The notes under the pieces: generated by a model
The model's input: only the letters and a program-made list of their open reading frames with translations
Database searches by the model: none
Told to the model about the DNA's origin: nothing
Position numbers and translations under genes: made by a program
NCBI GenBank assembly: GCA_965649825.1
Contig: OZ287718.1
Span: forward strand, 120,796-184,795
Reading direction: 5' to 3'
DNA length: 64,000 nucleotides
From: Penicillus capitatus
Taxonomy: Eukaryota; Plantae; Chlorophyta
In this document: positions 62,990 to 64,000 of the stretch, piece after piece
Position numbering within the stretch: the first letter of the stretch is position 1
Layout of the letters: each line of letters starts with the position of its first letter

Positions 62990-64000
62990 CGGCCTGTGGC
63001 CCGACCCTTCCGGATTCCACATTTCGGCAAACTGCGACGTACTGAGGGCCGGCCGTCGGCGGAATTCGACGCGGACGGGTGCGGGACGCCTCGGGACACG
63101 TCGCGGATGCCAGTCGGTGGAAGTTTGTCCCTCTTTGGGCGCTGTCGTACGGAGTTGAAATCGGGCACCAGACGTCACATCGGGTGTAACCTGGCCTGTC
63201 AGTACGATCTGGAAGTGCACGATGACGCCGGCGACGTGGTCGAGCGAGGGTGGGGATGGGTCGGCGGGGTCGAGTGGATGCCAAGGGACCCAAGTTTGGC
63301 GACCGACGGCGGCGTCCTCGGCCTGTGGCCCGACCCTTCCGGATTCCACATTTCGGCAAACTGCGACGTACTGAGGGCCGGCCGTCGGCGGAATTCGACG
63401 CGGACGGGTGCGGGACGCCTCGGGACACGTCGCGGATGCCAGTCGGTGGAAGTTTGTCCCGCTTTGGGCGCTGTCGTACGGAGTTGAAATCGGGCACCAG
63501 ACGTCACATCGGGTGTAACCTGGCCTGTCAGTACGATCTGGAAGTGCACGATGACGCCGGCGACGTGGTCGAGCGAGGGTGGGGATGGGTCGGCGGGGTC
63601 GAGTGGATGCCAAGGGACCCAAGTTTGGCGACCGACGGCGGCGTCCTCGGCCCGTGGCGCGGCCTTTCTGGATTCCACATTTCGGCAAACTGCGACTTAC
63701 TGAGGGCCGACCGTGGGCGGAATTCGACGCGGACGGGTGCGGGACGCCTCGAGACACGTCGCGGATGCCAGTCGGTGGAAGTTTGTCCCGCTTTGGGCGC
63801 TGTCGTACGGAGTTGAAATCGGGCACCAGACGTCACATCAGCCGTAATTTGACCTGTCAGTACGATCTGGAAGTGCACGATGACGCCGGCGACGTGGTCG
63901 AGCGAGGGTGGGGATGGGTCGGCGGGGTCGAGTGGATGCCAAGGGACCCAAGTTTGGCGACCGACGGCGGCGTCCTCGGCCTGTGGCGCGGCCTTTCTGG
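62990..64000. repeat. Diverged satellite subfamily with the same 329-bp period
   Basis: Monomers carry many shared substitutions, e.g. ggattccacatttcggcaaactgcgac, ggaattcgacgcggacgg and aaatcgggcaccagacgtcacatc. Confidence 0.9.

Larger units (their letters stand above)
53965..64000. repeat. GC-rich tandem satellite, 329-bp monomer, about 30 copies, continuing past the window end
   Basis: caggtgtaacctggcctgtcag recurs at 54298, 54627, 54956 and onward every 329 bp, and the ORF track repeats with the same period. Confidence 0.98.

Noticed and set aside
53884-64000. Dozens of Arg/Gly/Pro-rich ORFs of 60-318 aa on both strands
   Set aside because: They repeat with the 329-bp period and result from stop-codon scarcity in GC-rich satellite DNA; no protein motifs.
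53965-64000. CRISPR array or 5S rDNA/snRNA tandem array
   Set aside because: There are no unique spacers and the context is eukaryotic; I found no match to 5S rRNA or spliceosomal RNA sequences that I can recognise.

Overview
This is eukaryotic nuclear DNA from a compact green-algal (chlorophyte-like) genome. That assignment is an inference from nuclear petC, FdC1, plastid KEA1/2, a GIY-YIG-NFU1 fusion, the standard code and mostly 45-60 nt introns. Bases 1-53.6 kb are gene-dense, with about 24 mostly multi-exon genes: DIM1, an OPR-like protein, a VASt-TM-DysF protein, KEA1/2, an ATPase-dead MCM8-like helicase, a BBE-like oxidase/SDR fusion, an F-box protein, DHAR, FdC1, a 13-Kazal protein, PHOX/CLMP1, petC, eIF3K, MDAR, TAF11, three paralogous PPR genes, GIY-YIG-NFU1, AP1 mu, a motor-less dynein-heavy-chain-like fragment, AsnRS and a BTB protein. 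From about 53.9 kb to the window end lies a GC/CpG-rich 329-bp tandem satellite (about 30 monomers). It contains an 8-mer (2632-bp) higher-order repeat and switches to a diverged subfamily near 63 kb. The many ORFs in the satellite are artefacts. Exon structures were read by eye and all family calls come from remembered motifs, not database searches.
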